Shown here: positions 31,409 through 32,000 of the stretch, piece after piece
Layout of the letters: each line of letters opens with the position of its first letter
Position numbering within the stretch: position 1 is the stretch's first letter
Origin: Fastidiosibacter lacustris
GTDB taxonomy: Bacteria; Pseudomonadota; Gammaproteobacteria; Francisellales; Francisellaceae
Length of the DNA stretch: 32,000 nucleotides
NCBI RefSeq assembly: GCF_003428155.1
Contig: NZ_QLIR01000004.1
Coordinates: forward strand, 30,001 to 62,000
Direction of reading: 5' to 3'
Notes under the pieces: generated by a model
What the model was told of the DNA's origin: nothing
Databases searched by the model: none
What the model saw: the letters and a program-made list of their open reading frames with translations, nothing else
Made by a program: the position numbers and the translations under genes

Positions 31409-32000
31409 ATGAAAAACAATAAAAAGATATTACGTGTGTTGCTGTTGAGTAGCTTGATGCTATCGATGGCTGGTTGTAGCACTGCTATATATAAAACTGT
31501 TGATGAAAATGCAGATGCGAATATTGAGAAAACTAAGGCAATGATGTCAAACTTGAAAAAGCCAAAATCAGAGAGTTTTGTGACGATTAGTGATGAGCCT
31601 TACGTTCAAGGAGATTTAATTGATATTCAAGCACAAAACGCCTTGCCTGAAATATTTCAACGGTCATTTGCTTATAACAATACAGCAACAGGAGTAACAC
31701 TTGAAACGCTGATAGCAAAAATACAGCGAATTACTCAATCTAAGGTTGTTTTTTCGGAAGGTGCTATTGAGTATATTTCTCAGCGAGAACATCTAGCGAT
31801 GCCAGAGTCTGATATGCTAAAAAAAGAGCAGGTAGCGTATGAGATGTCGGATATTCATGATGTGATGATTCATTGTGACTATGATGGCAATATTGCCGGA
31901 TTTTTAGATTACTTTGCTTTTAAGCTTGGCATTTTTTGGAAGTATGATCAAAGTAGAAATACAGTTGAATTTTTTAGAATGGAAACAAAGACATTCCATG
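31409..32000 (+). CDS. PilN/BfpB/TcpC-like type IVb pilus secretin lipoprotein, 3'-truncated by window edge (not in the ORF track)
   Basis: MKNNKKILRVLLLSSLMLSMAGC lipobox signal; ETLIAKIQRITQSKVVFSEGAIEYIS; YDGNIAGFLDYFALKLGIFWKYDQSRNTVEFFRMETKTFH secretin N-domain-like region. Confidence 0.75.
   Translation, partial: MKNNKKILRVLLLSSLMLSMAGCSTAIYKTVDENADANIEKTKAMMSNLKKPKSESFVTISDEPYVQGDLIDIQAQNALPEIFQRSFAYNNTATGVTLETLIAKIQRITQSKVVFSEGAIEYISQREHLAMPESDMLKKEQVAYEMSDIHDVMIHCDYDGNIAGFLDYFAFKLGIFWKYDQSRNTVEFFRMETKTFH

Noticed and set aside
1-32000. CRISPR arrays, transposases/IS ends, integrases, toxin-antitoxin pairs, rRNA
   Set aside because: Looked for regularly spaced repeats and hallmark proteins; none seen in this window

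Overview
This is a gammaproteobacterial-type chromosomal segment. Positions 1-10.4 kb are the conserved rplA(partial)-rplJ-rplL-rpoB-rpoC block, with an L10 leader and an rplL/rpoB attenuator-like hairpin. Next come a conspicuously GC-richer type B carboxylesterase with its own 25-codon upstream ORF, a hemolysin III/YqfA-like membrane protein, and a MurU-like nucleotidyltransferase. These converge on a minus-strand miaB-ybeZ(phoH)-ybeY-ybeX(corC)-lnt cluster. After a tRNA-Glu(TTC) at 19.7 kb the content looks accessory: an EnvZ/OmpR-like two-component pair, a small exported protein, an unassigned 399-aa protein next to a 1063-aa pentapeptide-repeat/multi-TM protein, an orphan OmpR-family regulator whose receiver appears to lack the phosphoacceptor Asp, and the start of a type IVb-like pilus locus (pilin, atypical minor-pilin-like protein, TcpQ/PilL C-terminal-like protein, PilN/BfpB-like secretin running off the window edge). 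The best candidates for something undescribed are the 22.9-27.4 kb gene pair, the pseudo-receiver regulator, and their possible link to the adjacent pilus locus. All product calls are from motif recognition by eye; no database search was run.
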